Assembly: GCA_963771075.1 (NCBI GenBank)
Contig: CAVYSE010000009.1
Location: 1-64,000, forward strand
DNA from: a candidate division FCPU426 bacterium
GTDB lineage: Bacteria; Oederibacteriota; Muellerivitia; Muellerivitales; Muellerivitaceae
DNA: 64,000 nucleotides
Reading direction: 5' to 3'
Made by a program: the position numbers and the translations under genes. Numbering within the stretch: position 1 is the first letter of the stretch; every line of letters starts with the position of its first letter. Positions 27,427 to 38,656 of the stretch are shown one piece after another. Below the pieces are notes generated by a model, which saw only the letters and a list, made by a program, of their open reading frames with translations, was not told the DNA's origin and did not search any database.

Positions 27427-29190
27427 TTGCGCCCTCCCTTGGAGCGGGGCGCGAACGCCTTGGCCTGGGCGACGACCCTTTCCCGATCCTGTTCCTTGGA
27501 AACCACGATGTCCTTCACCGATCCGCCCGCGGGAACCATGGGATACACGTGCTCCTCCGGGTCCACCACCAGGTCCACGATGCAGGGTTCCTTCGAGCGG
27601 AACACCTCCTCGAGGGTTTTCGTGGCGTCCTTGGGCGTTTCCGCCCGGTAGCCCTTGATGCCGTAGGCCTCGGCCAGCTTGACGAAATCGGGCTGGGCCG
27701 GGATGGAGGTGGAAGCGTACCGCTTCCCGAAAAACAGGTCCTGCCATTGCTTGACCATGCCCAGGAATTTGTTGTTGAGGATGATCACCTTCACGTTCAG
27801 GTTGTGCTGTTTCACCACGGCCAGTTCCTGGAGCGTCATCTGGAAACTGCCGTCCCCGGCGATATCCACCACCGTGGCGTCTGGGAAAGCGAAAGCGGCC
27901 CCGATGGCGGCCGGAAAGCCGAAACCCATGGTGCCCAAGCCGCCCGACGTGATCCACCGGCGGGGCTTGTTGAAGCGGTAATACTGGGCCGCCCACATCT
28001 GGTGCTGGCCCACCTCGGTCGTGATGATGGCGTCCCCTTTGGTCAGGCGGTAAATCTCATCCACGGCGAACTGGGGCAGGATGGGCCCGTTGGGATCTTG
28101 CTTGAACGCGAGCGGGTATTTTTTGTGCCAGGCATCCAACTGGTCATACCACTCATCGTAGTCATGCGAACCCACTTTTTTCGAGAGGGTGTCCAGGATG
28201 ATCCGCATGTCGCCGAGCACATGCGCGTCCACCTTGACATTTTTATCGATGGAGGTCGGGTCCACGTCGATGTGGATCTTCTTGGAGAGCGGCGAGAACT
28301 CGGATATCTTTCCCGTCACCCGGTCGTCGAACCGGCTGCCCACGGCGATCAGCAGGTCGCAATGGGACAGGGCCATATTGGCCCGGTAGGACCCGTGCAT
28401 GCCCAGCATGTCGATGAATTGCCGGTCATTGGCCGGATAAGCCCCCAAACCCATCAGGGTCAGGGTGACCGGTATATTCGTCTTGCGCGTGAACTTGTAA
28501 AAGGCGTCCGAGGCCCCCGCGTTGATGATCCCGCCCCCGGCGTAAAGGAGGGGACGGCTGCGCGTGTCGGATGAGTTCGGCCATCTTATCGATCTGGGAA
28601 TAATCGATGGGCGGCACGAACTTCGAGAGGGAGATGGTGGAATGCTTGGGATAGGGCACTTCCGCGGAGGAGGCCGCGATGTCCTTGGGGATATCCACCA
28701 AAACCGGCCCGGGCCTTCCTGAGCGGGCGATGAAAAAGGCGTTCCGCAGGATCTGCGGGAGTTCCTGGATGCTTTTCACGAGGTAATTGTGTTTCGTGCA
28801 GGAGCGAGTGATGCCCACCACGTCCGCTTCCTGGAATGCGTCGGTGCCGATCATGGCCGAGTGCACCTGCCCCGTGATGGCCACGAGGGGAACGGAATCC
28901 ATGAGGGCGTCGGTCAAACCGGTGATCAGGTTCGTTGCCCCAGGACCGGAGGTGGCGATGCAGACCCCCACCTTTCCGGTGACCTTGGCGTACCCTTCCG
29001 CCATATGAATGGCGCCCTGCTCATGGCGCGTGTCGATGAGCCGGATGCGGTCTTTGTTCTGGTAGAAAGCATCGAATATCGGGAGAACCGCCCCACCGGT
29101 GAGTCCCCAAAGCATTTCCACGCCCTCATCCACTAAAATATCCACCACCATTTGGGCTCCGGTTTTGAGCTTGGGTTTATGTTTTTTCAT
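27423..29190 (-). CDS. ilvB: Acetolactate synthase large subunit, frameshifted near 28555-28565
   Basis: N-terminal part RHEQGA, TSGPGATN; C-terminal part LGMHG, GSRFDDRV, GDGSFQM; the two parts are in different frames. Confidence 0.9.
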
Positions 29191-29364
29191 CTTTTTTCTC
29201 CTTACAAGGCTTCCCCCAAGGGGGAAAGCGCTAGATTTTACAATAATTCACCAATTGCGGTAATAAATAGTGGTTAAAACCCAATAAACAATAGGCTTTT
29301 ATTGCTTTTAACCATTAATACCAAGCTGGGTGAACCATCAGGGGGGAAAACCGGGGCTTAAAAT

Positions 29365-29400
29365 AAAAAAGCCGCGGAACCCCTGGCGGGGCTCCGCGGC
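29365..29400 (-). terminator. Attenuator terminator upstream of ilvB
   Basis: Minus strand GCCGCGGAGCCCCGCCAGGGGTTCCGCGGC followed by TTTTTT, 13 bp after the leader peptide stop. Confidence 0.85.
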
Positions 29401-29413
29401 CTGGTAGCCGTCT

Positions 29414-29491
29414 TTAGGAGCGAACCGCCTCCGGACGCAATACAAGTACCAGTACCAAAAGCACTAAGTTGATTGCGATCCCGAAGGCCAT
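29414..29491 (-). CDS. ilv/leu operon leader peptide (not in ORF track)
   Basis: MAFGIAINLVLLVLVLVLRPEAVRS*; AAGGAG RBS; run of Leu/Val/Ile codons followed by a terminator. Confidence 0.88.
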   Translation of the reverse strand: MAFGIAINLVLLVLVLVLRPEAVRS

Positions 29492-29850
29492 GGAAAACTC
29501 CTTGAATGAACTGCAGGGGAAATATACCTTCCTTGGGTTTGGGTGTCAAGAGAAGCGCGTTTGTCTATATATTCCAACCCCTTTTGCTGAATTTTCCCAA
29601 TGAGTCACGAAAAAAGGCCTGCCCTTCATGGACAAATTTAGAACTTATTTTAGGAGAGATGGGCAAGTCGTTTTTTCCTATAAATCTTAACGGGACAATG
29701 GCTTTGACATAAGTTATTCAAGAAAGATTTAGTTGTTGCGGTTTTCACCTTCTCCCCTGGAGGGAGAGGGTTTGTTTTTAAGTTATGCCAAGTGCATAGT
29801 TCTGAATCTTAATAAGAAAAATGACTGGGCTTCTTCCCATCGCGCGAGGA

Positions 29851-30555
29851 TCAAGAGGACCCGATCCATTGGATAACAATAAAAAATATAACCGCAATGA
29901 TGATCAATACCAATCCATAACCGCGGATATCCTCCCACCAAATCAGGCCATCCTTCCGGGTAAGGGACCGCTTCAACCGTCCCCAAAAGAACAAAACCAA
30001 AGGCAACAACACAATGAATACCAAAGCTCCAACAGCTACATCATTTTGCAGATCAGGCTTTTTGAGCATCCTCATCGCAATGAAAACAGCCATCAAGGCG
30101 GATAGGGCGTGGAACATCCAAAAGAGAACGTATTTCAAAAGGGATGGGGGAACTTGGAAAAAAACCAGGGAGGGATGGTTGATTTTGACAGGATTAGAAT
30201 GGATTTCCCGGGGAAGACGAGTCCCGCAGCGAAGGCAGAATCGAAGATGCTTCCCGTGGATAAAAACACTTGGCTGGGCATAACAATGTTTATGGGGACA
30301 AACTTGAATGATCCACGCAAGGGAGACAGCGAACCATGCGCACAGGACCCCCTGGAGTAATAGCCCTAGATATAGGAACCGATACTCGAAGGAACCCGTC
30401 ACAAATGTTAAAAATATATTCAGGAAAAAAAACCAGAACCAGGGCTCGAGGATTCGAATGGTTTTAAATTCTTCTGAAACCTCAATGAAAAATCGCCATC
30501 CCTTGCCAACCGCCCACAATACTATGACGAAAACCAATATTGTTTCCCAACTCAC
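29851..30555 (-). CDS. Hypothetical membrane protein with central Cys cluster
   Basis: Multiple TM segments; CPHKHC...FCLRCG. Confidence 0.7.
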   Translation of the reverse strand: MSWETILVFVIVLWAVGKGWRFFIEVSEEFKTIRILEPWFWFFFLNIFLTFVTGSFEYRFLYLGLLLQGVLCAWFAVSLAWIIQVCPHKHCYAQPSVFIHGKHLRFCLRCGTRLPREIHSNPVKINHPSLVFFQVPPSLLKYVLFWMFHALSALMAVFIAMRMLKKPDLQNDVAVGALVFIVLLPLVLFFWGRLKRSLTRKDGLIWWEDIRGYGLVLIIIAVIFFIVIQWIGSS

Positions 30556-30721
30556 GCTTCGTCTCCTCTAATTATTCACCTATTTTAGGCATGAACCCCA
30601 CGGCAACGAAATGGGATAAACTTTTTAACGAATAAAAATATATAGGTATTTTATGGGATGCGAATACCCAAAAACGAAGAATCCCCTCGCCGGATCACCG
30701 GAAAACGGAACAACCCATGAA

Positions 30722-31435
30722 TTAACCGCGAATCCATGCAAGGATTAGTCCGATGGCTAATAGGAATATCCAGAGGGAAAAAAACCACCGGGCTGTTTTT
30801 GAAAAACGGTCAATGGGATCGCCCGATAATTTCCGCACCTGAAGAACCAAAAGATAATTCAAAAAACAAAGGAAATAAGCCCCGAAAGCCAGGGGGGCCC
30901 TTTGTCCCATGAAACGAAAGGACTGAAATAAGAGAAGGCAGGAAAGCCCAAAATAAAAACCCATCCAACCCCACACGCTTTGAATGATCCAAGAGGGAGC
31001 GGATCTTTTATCCTTCGGATTTTCATTCAAGCCAAACCCAAATATTTCAAGCCCATGAAAATAGAGCCGGACCCAAACGAATCCCAAGCCTAAAACCGCG
31101 AGGAAAGATAAGGAGTGTGATTCTTGATAAAGCGCCGTGGCTGTATCAACCCACAAAAAGAAATAGGACAAGGCCCAAAGATTTCCAATCACCCCCGGGG
31201 AAATATTAGGAATCCACTCCACCATAAGGGTTCCTAAGGTTGTAACCAAAAGCGCTGAAAATAAAATCAACCCCTTTACCCAAACCGCCATGGAAAGATC
31301 GGCCCATTCGTTGAGTGCCAGAAGCCCATGGTTTTCATAAAAAAGGGGAATATTGATGATAAAAAGAAAATATAGTGCGGAAGAAAGAACCAAGAAAAGG
31401 AACCCTTGAAAAGCCACACCCCATTTGAAAGCCAC
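30722..31435 (-). CDS. Hypothetical multi-pass membrane protein
   Basis: 237-aa ORF with about seven hydrophobic segments. Confidence 0.7.
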   Translation of the reverse strand: MAFKWGVAFQGFLFLVLSSALYFLFIINIPLFYENHGLLALNEWADLSMAVWVKGLILFSALLVTTLGTLMVEWIPNISPGVIGNLWALSYFFLWVDTATALYQESHSLSFLAVLGLGFVWVRLYFHGLEIFGFGLNENPKDKRSAPSWIIQSVWGWMGFYFGLSCLLLFQSFRFMGQRAPLAFGAYFLCFLNYLLVLQVRKLSGDPIDRFSKTARWFFSLWIFLLAIGLILAWIRG

Positions 31436-31715
31436 GTTGATACCTTTTTTTCGTTTTTTAACAGGGTAATTAAACGTTAGGACAATAGAGGTTTTTCAGT
31501 GGTTTTTATAGCTTTTTCGCAATCATGATTTGTCGCATAATTTATATTTTTAATCTGTGTTAGTTTTGATTTGTCTTAGTTCTTTTATAAATATACGAAT
31601 TAATAAGGTTTATAAGTCGTTGAATCATAATATAACGCAATATAACATAACGTTGCTTTCGTTATGAGTCTAATTTATCTAACAAGCTAAATAGATAGTT
31701 AATCCAAGGAGGAAA

Positions 31716-32183
31716 GTGATGAAGCAGAAATGGTCTAAAGAAAAGATCGTAGAGACAATTAAGGATTTACAGCGCCAATCCATAGACATCTCTGCGAGCA
31801 ATATCTCAAGGAATTACATACCCCTTTTCACGGCTGCCTGCTCCAGACGTTATTTCTCCAGCTGGGCCAACGCCGTAAAAGCCGCCGGGATTGATTACGA
31901 TCAAATTTTGGAAGCTGGTAAGGCTCGTCGCCGCAAGAAACTTACGAAATGGTCGAAAGAAGAGGTTTTAGAACAGGTACGGTTAGCGGAATCAAAAAAC
32001 CTTTTAACGACTTATCGGGATCGTTTGGCCCTCTATTCAGCCGCCCGCCGGGAGTTTGGGAGTTGGAAACAAGCCTTGGAGGTCGCAGGCTACCGCCTGA
32101 CAAAGGGTGCCCATAAAAATTCAAATCAAATATTCAAAAAGGAAGAGGCTGCCGCCTTAAACCAGGCCCCTTCCCTCTCTTAA
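31716..32183 (+). CDS. Protein of two homing-endonuclease-associated-like helical repeats (putative DNA binding)
   Basis: WSKEKIV...YFSSWANAVKAAG and WSKEEVL...EFGSWKQALEVAG; strong AAGGAGG RBS. Confidence 0.75.
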   Translation: MMKQKWSKEKIVETIKDLQRQSIDISASNISRNYIPLFTAACSRRYFSSWANAVKAAGIDYDQILEAGKARRRKKLTKWSKEEVLEQVRLAESKNLLTTYRDRLALYSAARREFGSWKQALEVAGYRLTKGAHKNSNQIFKKEEAAALNQAPSLS

Positions 32184-32206
32184 ACCGAGCCTCGGGGAAC
32201 CAGTCT

Positions 32207-33739
32207 TTATCGGATAAGGGCCAGTTTTTTCGTTACCGACTGGTTCCCTGAACTAATGTTATAAATATAGATCCCGCTCGCTAAACGGCTCCCCGCTTGA
32301 TTGACCCCGTTCCACGAAACCTGATTAACCCCCGCTTGCGTTTGTCCTGCGTTGACGGCCTGTGAATAGACCAGGATCCCTGAGATATCAAATATTTTTA
32401 TCACGACATTTTGTTGGGTTGGAAGGGTAAAGGCAAAGGTGAGGCGGCCATCCCGGCTCGGATTCGGAAAGCAAAGTGTGGTGTTTTCTGAAAATTTGAG
32501 ATCCCCAAACGAAACCAGCATGGGGGTGGGAGAGGCGGTTGGAACCTCTTCTTGGGTCAGAATCTTTATTGAGTTTGTCCGCATATGGGTCGTGACCAAA
32601 TCCACGGTACCTGAGTTCTTCGTGTCCAAGGCGGCGACTTCCACCGGGCCAAAACTGGAAACCGCATCGGAGGCGACCTTTAAACTTTGTAAGGCTTGAA
32701 ACAAACTGCCATTCCATTGAAAAAGATCCAAAAGATCAGAGTCGCGGTTGGCGATGACAACAACCGGCGCTTCCCCCTTGTTAAGATTTGCGACGGCCAG
32801 GCCGTTAGGATGGGCCCCGCTCGTAGTCAAAGGCGGCTGTAAAACGAGCGTCCCATCTTTATGTTGAAGATATATCCAAACCGTGTTTTTTGTAAAATCG
32901 GTCGTTACCAAATCGGCCCTTCCATCCTGGTTTATATCGGCAATTCGAAGGTCGGAAAGATTCGCTCCAGGGGTTGGGCAGAGCGTCTCCGTGAGGGTAT
33001 AAGAAGAAAGATCATTCGGGGATGAGATGGATGGACGCAAGACCGCCAATTGCCCAGTCCCTAGGCAGGCCACGACGATTTCATTCACCCCATCCCCATG
33101 CAAATCGCCCACTGCGACTTGCGCCGGGCCAGGCGGCACGTTGTAATCGTGACGAACCCCCAATTTACCGTTTTTTATTTCGTACAGAGAGATTTGGTTC
33201 GCTCCATACTCGGCAACCGCCGCAAAAGCCGCTCCTCCAACCTTGGTTGTCCCGTAACTTACCCCGACAGGCTGGGAAAGGGTCGGGCTTTCATCCGTTT
33301 TTTGAAACTTCGCCCCATCCCACCCGAACATTTGCAAAAGCCCTGCATCGTAACAGGAGACAAGGAGATCATCTTGACCTGAAAGATTGGGAACCGTCGC
33401 CAATCCACGGGGACTCCAACCGGTAGAAATTTCCGTCAATAGGGACAATCCTGATGAAGTGGCGGTAAAAACTTGGATACGGGGAATTTGTTGATTGAGT
33501 ATGCTTTGAGGGGTTGATTGTCCTATGAATGTGGAAGAACCAAAATCCGCAACCGCGAGGCAAGACGCGGAGGATCTTATGAAATGCCCAACCGCCAAGC
33601 CCCTGGGGGAGGATCCTGTTAAAATGGAACCGGGTTGTTTAAAGTTATAAACTCCACCCCAAAGGAATACCGGGAACGAAACTACATAAAAAACAAAAAT
33701 CAGTTTTAAATTTTCAACCATCCTTTTCTCCTCCTGCAT
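32207..33739 (-). CDS. Secreted FG-GAP/VCBS-repeat protein with C-terminal FlgD Ig/sorting-like domain
   Basis: GDLHGDGVNEIVV and ADINQDGRADLV repeats; FPNP...IKIFDISG...WNG...LASGIY...KKLALIR. Confidence 0.82.
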   Translation of the reverse strand: MQEEKRMVENLKLIFVFYVVSFPVFLWGGVYNFKQPGSILTGSSPRGLAVGHFIRSSASCLAVADFGSSTFIGQSTPQSILNQQIPRIQVFTATSSGLSLLTEISTGWSPRGLATVPNLSGQDDLLVSCYDAGLLQMFGWDGAKFQKTDESPTLSQPVGVSYGTTKVGGAAFAAVAEYGANQISLYEIKNGKLGVRHDYNVPPGPAQVAVGDLHGDGVNEIVVACLGTGQLAVLRPSISSPNDLSSYTLTETLCPTPGANLSDLRIADINQDGRADLVTTDFTKNTVWIYLQHKDGTLVLQPPLTTSGAHPNGLAVANLNKGEAPVVVIANRDSDLLDLFQWNGSLFQALQSLKVASDAVSSFGPVEVAALDTKNSGTVDLVTTHMRTNSIKILTQEEVPTASPTPMLVSFGDLKFSENTTLCFPNPSRDGRLTFAFTLPTQQNVVIKIFDISGILVYSQAVNAGQTQAGVNQVSWNGVNQAGSRLASGIYIYNISSGNQSVTKKLALIR

Positions 33740-33861
33740 ACCAATGATGATGACATTTTACCCCCGATTTCATAAAACTATCAAAAGACTAGGACAGGGA
33801 AAAAACTCAATGATTTAAGGAATTTTTAATGTAATCAGAAATAAATTTTTGGATCGGGAAG

Positions 33862-34383
33862 TTAAAACTTACAAGCCATCGCTAGGATTGGATGGTTGTT
33901 CTCAAACAAAACAACGGGGTTTAAACCGTGTTCATTATTGTAATCCTGCGCGGCGGTGGGAGCATGAGCCATGTCAACAATCCAAAAGCCACCAAAAGCT
34001 ATAATACCACCCCAAATTAGGTTCGTTCCTATCGCCGTGGCATTATTGGTGTCTCCTAATAGGCCCCCAGAAAAATCTGTTGTGTCGGACTTAATCAAGG
34101 CGCCCAAACCCACCGAAAGCACCGACAAAACTTCTCCACCTAATAAAACATCACCCGTAATGTCGTCACCCGCGTAAAAATGCCCGTACCCGTGAATAAG
34201 TAAGCCAGGGAATAAAGCTAAAAGAAAAGCTTTGTTGGGATCTTTATAAAAATATGTTTGATGGTTGGTTTCAAGGCTTCCTGAAAGACCAGGGTCGGAA
34301 ATTTGGGCCGAAAGGAAAGTTTGGCTTAATATTAAAAACATTCCCAATAAGAGAAAAATAAACCGCCGAGAAATGAATGTCAT
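33862..34383 (-). CDS. Hypothetical exported/membrane protein
   Basis: Signal peptide; KDPNKAFLLALFPG...GYGHFY (TM2/DUF5683-like pattern). Confidence 0.7.
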   Translation of the reverse strand: MTFISRRFIFLLLGMFLILSQTFLSAQISDPGLSGSLETNHQTYFYKDPNKAFLLALFPGLLIHGYGHFYAGDDITGDVLLGGEVLSVLSVGLGALIKSDTTDFSGGLLGDTNNATAIGTNLIWGGIIAFGGFWIVDMAHAPTAAQDYNNEHGLNPVVLFENNHPILAMACKF

Positions 34384-34460
34384 AGTTTTCTCATTTTACG
34401 TAACGGAATGGAAGCGGTCAAAAGAAAATTCCAATAACAATGGAATTAGTCCCAAACCTT

Positions 34461-34940
34461 TTATGACGTAACAACCTCTTTTGAGGCCTTAGAATCCCCG
34501 GTCGTTTTTACGCCCTCTTCCGTTGCTTCTTTACCTTTTTTCGTCTTTTTAACTGTAGCTGGTTCGGTCGGCTTTTCCTCAACAGGGCGGTCAACTAACT
34601 CAAGAAAGACCATTTCCGCGCCATCACCTGCGCGAAATCCCAGTTTTAGAATTCGTGTATACCCACCCTTGCGTTGGGCATAACGATAAATCAAAGTTTT
34701 AAATAGTTTGTTGACAACTTCTCTTTCTCTCAAAAACCCAAGCGCTTCCCTTTTTGAGGCAAGAGTTTCCTTTTTGGCGGTGGTGATCATCTTCTCGGCA
34801 AACCGGCGAACTTCTTTCGCACGCATTTTGGTGGTTTTGATCCGCTCGTGCTTGAATAACGAGGTCACCATGTTTCTTACCATAGCTCGGCGATGGGCCG
34901 GTTGGACCCCCAATCGTCCATGGTGGGACTTATGCCGCAT
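34461..34940 (-). CDS. rplQ: 50S ribosomal protein L17
   Basis: MRHK...RIKTT...GGYTRILK..RAGDGAEM. Confidence 0.97.
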   Translation of the reverse strand: MRHKSHHGRLGVQPAHRRAMVRNMVTSLFKHERIKTTKMRAKEVRRFAEKMITTAKKETLASKREALGFLREREVVNKLFKTLIYRYAQRKGGYTRILKLGFRAGDGAEMVFLELVDRPVEEKPTEPATVKKTKKGKEATEEGVKTTGDSKASKEVVTS

Positions 34941-34966
34941 TGATGTTCTCCTATCGTTACTTTGGG

Positions 34967-35980
34967 TTAAACTGCAGCTTCCACACGGGGAAGGGCGGGT
35001 GATTTACCTTTGGCCAGGATCGCATCCACGTCCATACCAAAAGACAAACCCATCCCGCTCAGGATTTCTTTGATTTCATTCAAGGATTTCCGTCCGAAAT
35101 TCTTGTATTTCAACATGTCGGTTTCGGTTTTCCGAACCAAATCCCCGATGGTCTTGATGCTAGCGGTTTTAAGACAATTCGCCGATCGGACGGACAACTC
35201 CAGTTCCTCAACGCTTTCATTCAGCAATTCCCGGAGCCTTTCTTCTTCTTCGCTAACAGCGTCATCTTGAGCGGACGGTTCTTCCTCAAAATTAATGAAA
35301 ATCTGGACCGAATCTCGCAAGATTTTAGCGGAATGGGCGAGTGCATCTTCCGGATGAATACGACCATCCGTCCAAATTTCAATGATGAGCTTATCATAGT
35401 CTGTCATTTGTCCAATACGGGCTGACTCGACCGAATATTTAACCTGGGTAACCGGGGTAAAAACCGAATCAATCGGGATCACCCCGATCGATTGGCCTTC
35501 CCGCTTATTTCGATCTGAAGGCGCATAACCCCGGCCTTCCGCGATCTCAATGGTAACATCCAAAAGAGCGTCTTCTTCCGTCAGGGTGGCCAAATGCAAT
35601 TGGGGGTTAAGTATCTCCACATCGGAATCGATCTGGATATCCGCTCCAGTAACCTTACGCTCCCCTTTGACATTGAGCCGGAGGGTTTTAGACCCCGAAC
35701 CAAACATTTTTATTTTAAGTTCCTTGAGGTTTAAAATTATTTCCGTCGTATCTTCCACCACTCCTGGAATCGATGAGTATTCGTGGGAGACGCCCTCGAA
35801 TTTCACGGAAGTAACTGCCGCCCCCGAAATAGAAGACAGCAATACCCTCCTTAACGAGTTTCCAATCGTATGGCCATAACCTCTTTCAAAAGGTTCGGCG
35901 ATAAATTTTCCATAGGTCGGGCTTAAGGATTCCTTTTCATAATCTAAAAACTTTGGAATCTGAACATTACCGATTTGCAT
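34967..35980 (-). CDS. rpoA: RNA polymerase alpha subunit
   Basis: [35 protein letters not shown]. Confidence 0.98.
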   Translation of the reverse strand: MQIGNVQIPKFLDYEKESLSPTYGKFIAEPFERGYGHTIGNSLRRVLLSSISGAAVTSVKFEGVSHEYSSIPGVVEDTTEIILNLKELKIKMFGSGSKTLRLNVKGERKVTGADIQIDSDVEILNPQLHLATLTEEDALLDVTIEIAEGRGYAPSDRNKREGQSIGVIPIDSVFTPVTQVKYSVESARIGQMTDYDKLIIEIWTDGRIHPEDALAHSAKILRDSVQIFINFEEEPSAQDDAVSEEEERLRELLNESVEELELSVRSANCLKTASIKTIGDLVRKTETDMLKYKNFGRKSLNEIKEILSGMGLSFGMDVDAILAKGKSPALPRVEAAV

Positions 35981-36005
35981 GATCCCTCCTGCGGGGTTGT
36001 CCTAG

Positions 36006-36626
36006 TTACTTTGAATATAATTCGACGATGAGTTGTTCCTGCACCGGCAAGGCTATTTCTTCTTTGGTCGGCACCTTCTTAAAAACACCCGAAAGAGTGC
36101 CCGTGTCCACATCTAACCATTCCGGAACGCCCCTTTTTTGAAGCTGTTCCATGGATTTTTTCAAGATCACGTTTTCTTTGTATTTTTCGGTGACAGCTAC
36201 CTTATCCCCCGCTTTCAACGTATAGCTGGGAATGTCGACCTTTTTCCCGTTCACCAGCACCTGTCCATGACGGACCACTTGACGCGCTTGTGTGCGTGAT
36301 TCGGCAAAACCCATCCTATAAATCGTATTATCCAAACGCTGTTCCAATAATTGGAGCAGGGTTTCGCCCGTTACCCCTTTTTTACGGGAAGCGATAACGA
36401 AATATCTGCGGAATTGTTTTTCCAACACGCCGTAAATGCGTTTAACTTTTTGCTTCTCACGCAATTGAAGTCCATATTCGGTGTCTTTACGGCGTTTTTG
36501 GCCGTGTTGACCGGGAGCATATCCGCGCCGTTCAAAAGCGCATTTATCCGTTTCACAACGGGTTCCCTTCAAATAAAGCTTCATTCCCTCCCGCCGACAA
36601 ATCCGGCATACGGACTGGTCACTCAT
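36006..36626 (-). CDS. rpsD: 30S ribosomal protein S4
   Basis: [27 protein letters not shown]. Confidence 0.97.
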   Translation of the reverse strand: MSDQSVCRICRREGMKLYLKGTRCETDKCAFERRGYAPGQHGQKRRKDTEYGLQLREKQKVKRIYGVLEKQFRRYFVIASRKKGVTGETLLQLLEQRLDNTIYRMGFAESRTQARQVVRHGQVLVNGKKVDIPSYTLKAGDKVAVTEKYKENVILKKSMEQLQKRGVPEWLDVDTGTLSGVFKKVPTKEEIALPVQEQLIVELYSK

Positions 36627-36638
36627 TCAGAGGCTCCT

Positions 36639-37082
36639 TTACACGCGCCGGCGCTTGGGCGGCCGGCAGCCATTATGGGGGACGGGGGTCACGTCCTTTA
36701 TCATTGTAATCACCAGACCGCTGGTTTGAATGGCGCGGATGGCGGCTTCACGGCCCGACCCAGGACCTTTCACGTAAACTTCCACTGACTTCATCCCCGC
36801 ATCGACGGCCTTTTTGCCTGCCGTCTCAGCTGCGACTTGGGCAGCAAATGGCGTCGACTTACGACTTCCTTTAAAATTCATTGATCCCGCCGAAGACCAA
36901 GCCACCACATTTCCCCTTGGATCGGTTACAGTTACCAACGTGTTGTTAAAAGTACACTGGATGTGGACCACCCCATTACGGGGGGCCTTTTTCCCTTTTT
37001 TGGATGCGACTGAAGGTGAAGTTTTATCCGTGACCGCAGGGGTCTCAGCCTTCACTTCTTTTGAATCCGGTTTTTCTGTCAC
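36639..37082 (-). CDS. rpsK: 30S ribosomal protein S11
   Basis: [31 protein letters not shown] start after AAGGAG. Confidence 0.96.
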   Translation of the reverse strand: MTEKPDSKEVKAETPAVTDKTSPSVASKKGKKAPRNGVVHIQCTFNNTLVTVTDPRGNVVAWSSAGSMNFKGSRKSTPFAAQVAAETAGKKAVDAGMKSVEVYVKGPGSGREAAIRAIQTSGLVITMIKDVTPVPHNGCRPPKRRRV

Positions 37083-37128
37083 TCGTTTCTCCTTCATTTC
37101 CCCTAAAAAAGCGGGCACTTAAACAATC

Positions 37129-37509
37129 CTATTCTTCCTTTTTACGACCGCTTCCTACCGTCTTTTTGGGCCCTTTACGGGTCCGTGCATTCGTTTTGGT
37201 CCTTTGGCCTCTCACCGGTAGCCCTTTCCGATGCCGACTTCCCCTAAAAGTTCCAATGTCGATCAAACGCTTGATATTCATGGAAATTTCCCGCCGCAAA
37301 TCACCTTCCACTTTGATGTTTTCAGTATTTAGGGTATTCGTGATCCGGGCCACTTCATCATCCTTTAAGTTTTTGACCCTTACGTCAGGATTAACATTCG
37401 CCTTCGTCAAAATTTTGCGGGCCAGATTAGGTCCAATCCCGTATATATAAGTCAATCCCACTTCCACACGTTTTTCCTTTGGTAAATCCACTCCAGCTAT
37501 ACGTGCCAT
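37129..37509 (-). CDS. rpsM: 30S ribosomal protein S13
   Basis: [24 protein letters not shown]. Confidence 0.98.
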   Translation of the reverse strand: MARIAGVDLPKEKRVEVGLTYIYGIGPNLARKILTKANVNPDVRVKNLKDDEVARITNTLNTENIKVEGDLRREISMNIKRLIDIGTFRGSRHRKGLPVRGQRTKTNARTRKGPKKTVGSGRKKEE

Positions 37510-37519
37510 AATTCTCCTC

Positions 37520-37633
37520 TTAACCCTGACGTTGCTTGTGTTTGGGATTGATGCAAATCACACGAACCACACCCTTCCGGCGTATGACCTTACATTTATC
37601 ACAAATCGGCTTAACGGATGACCGAACCTTCAT
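37520..37633 (-). CDS. rpmJ: 50S ribosomal protein L36 (not in ORF track)
   Basis: [37 protein letters not shown]. Confidence 0.97.
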   Translation of the reverse strand: MKVRSSVKPICDKCKVIRRKGVVRVICINPKHKQRQG

Positions 37634-37669
37634 TTTCAACCTTCTTTCAATCTTTGTGGTTTTAGTATC

Positions 37670-37888
37670 TCACTTAAACCGGTAGGTTATCCTACCCCGG
37701 TTTAAATCATAAGGAGACAATTCCACCGTTACCCTATCACCCGGAAGGATACGAATAAAATTCATTCGCATTTTTCCGGAAACATGCGCGAGAACAACGT
37801 GCTTGTTTTCCAGCTCCACCCTGAAACTGGCGTTCGGAAGGGCCTCGATGACCGTTCCTTCTACCGAAATCGCTTCTTCCTTGGCCAT
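37670..37888 (-). CDS. infA: Translation initiation factor IF-1
   Basis: [34 protein letters not shown]. Confidence 0.98.
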   Translation of the reverse strand: MAKEEAISVEGTVIEALPNASFRVELENKHVVLAHVSGKMRMNFIRILPGDRVTVELSPYDLNRGRITYRFK

Positions 37889-37906
37889 AAGCCTCCATCC
37901 CGAGGA

Positions 37907-38656
37907 CTATGCTACCCGGGTCAGGTTTTGAGGCCCCTCGGCCAAGACTGCGATGGTATCCTCAAAATGGGCGGAGAATTTACCATCTTTCGTCACCACT
38001 GTCCAGCTATCCTCCAGGACCTTCACTTCATCAACACCTGCGTTTACCATTGGCTCCAATGCCAAACACATACCCGCTATAATCCGGGCACCTTGGTGGG
38101 GAATCCCATAATTCGGGATTTGCGGCTCTTCATGCATCGCCTTGCCTATTCCGTGGCCTACATAATCTTTAACCACTGAAAAGCCGGCTTTTTCCACAAA
38201 TGTTTGAATCGAGTAACCGATATCTGAAATACGGTTTCCAACCTTCACTGCATCAATTCCAATATCCAAAGCTTGTTGCGTGATATCCAACAACCGCTTT
38301 ACTTCTTGAGAAACTTTACCGACAGGAAAGCTTCTAGCCGAATCACCGCAAAAACCTTTGTAAAAAGCCCCGATATCGATGCCGACAATATCCCCTTCTT
38401 CCAAGATACGCTTGCTTGGTATACCATGTACCACTTGTTCATTTACAGAGGTGCAAATGGTTGCGGGATACCCGTGATAACCTAGAAAAGCCGGGATACA
38501 ATCATGCTTTTTGAGGAAATCGCTAGCGAAACGATCCAACTCCTTGGTCGTAACACCCGGTCTAATTTTATTTCCCAGTTCTAAAAGCGCTTCTCCAACT
38601 ACCCTTCCACTGATCTGCATGAGTTTTAATTCTGATTCGGTCTTGATTGTAATCAC
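37907..38656 (-). CDS. map: Methionine aminopeptidase type I
   Basis: SVNEQVVHGIP, GHGIG..MHEEP, SAHFE. Confidence 0.96.
   Translation of the reverse strand: MITIKTESELKLMQISGRVVGEALLELGNKIRPGVTTKELDRFASDFLKKHDCIPAFLGYHGYPATICTSVNEQVVHGIPSKRILEEGDIVGIDIGAFYKGFCGDSARSFPVGKVSQEVKRLLDITQQALDIGIDAVKVGNRISDIGYSIQTFVEKAGFSVVKDYVGHGIGKAMHEEPQIPNYGIPHQGARIIAGMCLALEPMVNAGVDEVKVLEDSWTVVTKDGKFSAHFEDTIAVLAEGPQNLTRVA

Noticed and set aside
27427..27996. Long N-terminal extension of IlvN
   Set aside because: It overlaps ilvB in another frame; the ACT domain starts at 27426.
31530..31557. dif-like site TTGTCGCATAA-TTTATA-TTTTTAATCTG
   Set aside because: Only the XerC-like arm resembles dif; the conserved XerD arm TTATGTTAAAT is missing.
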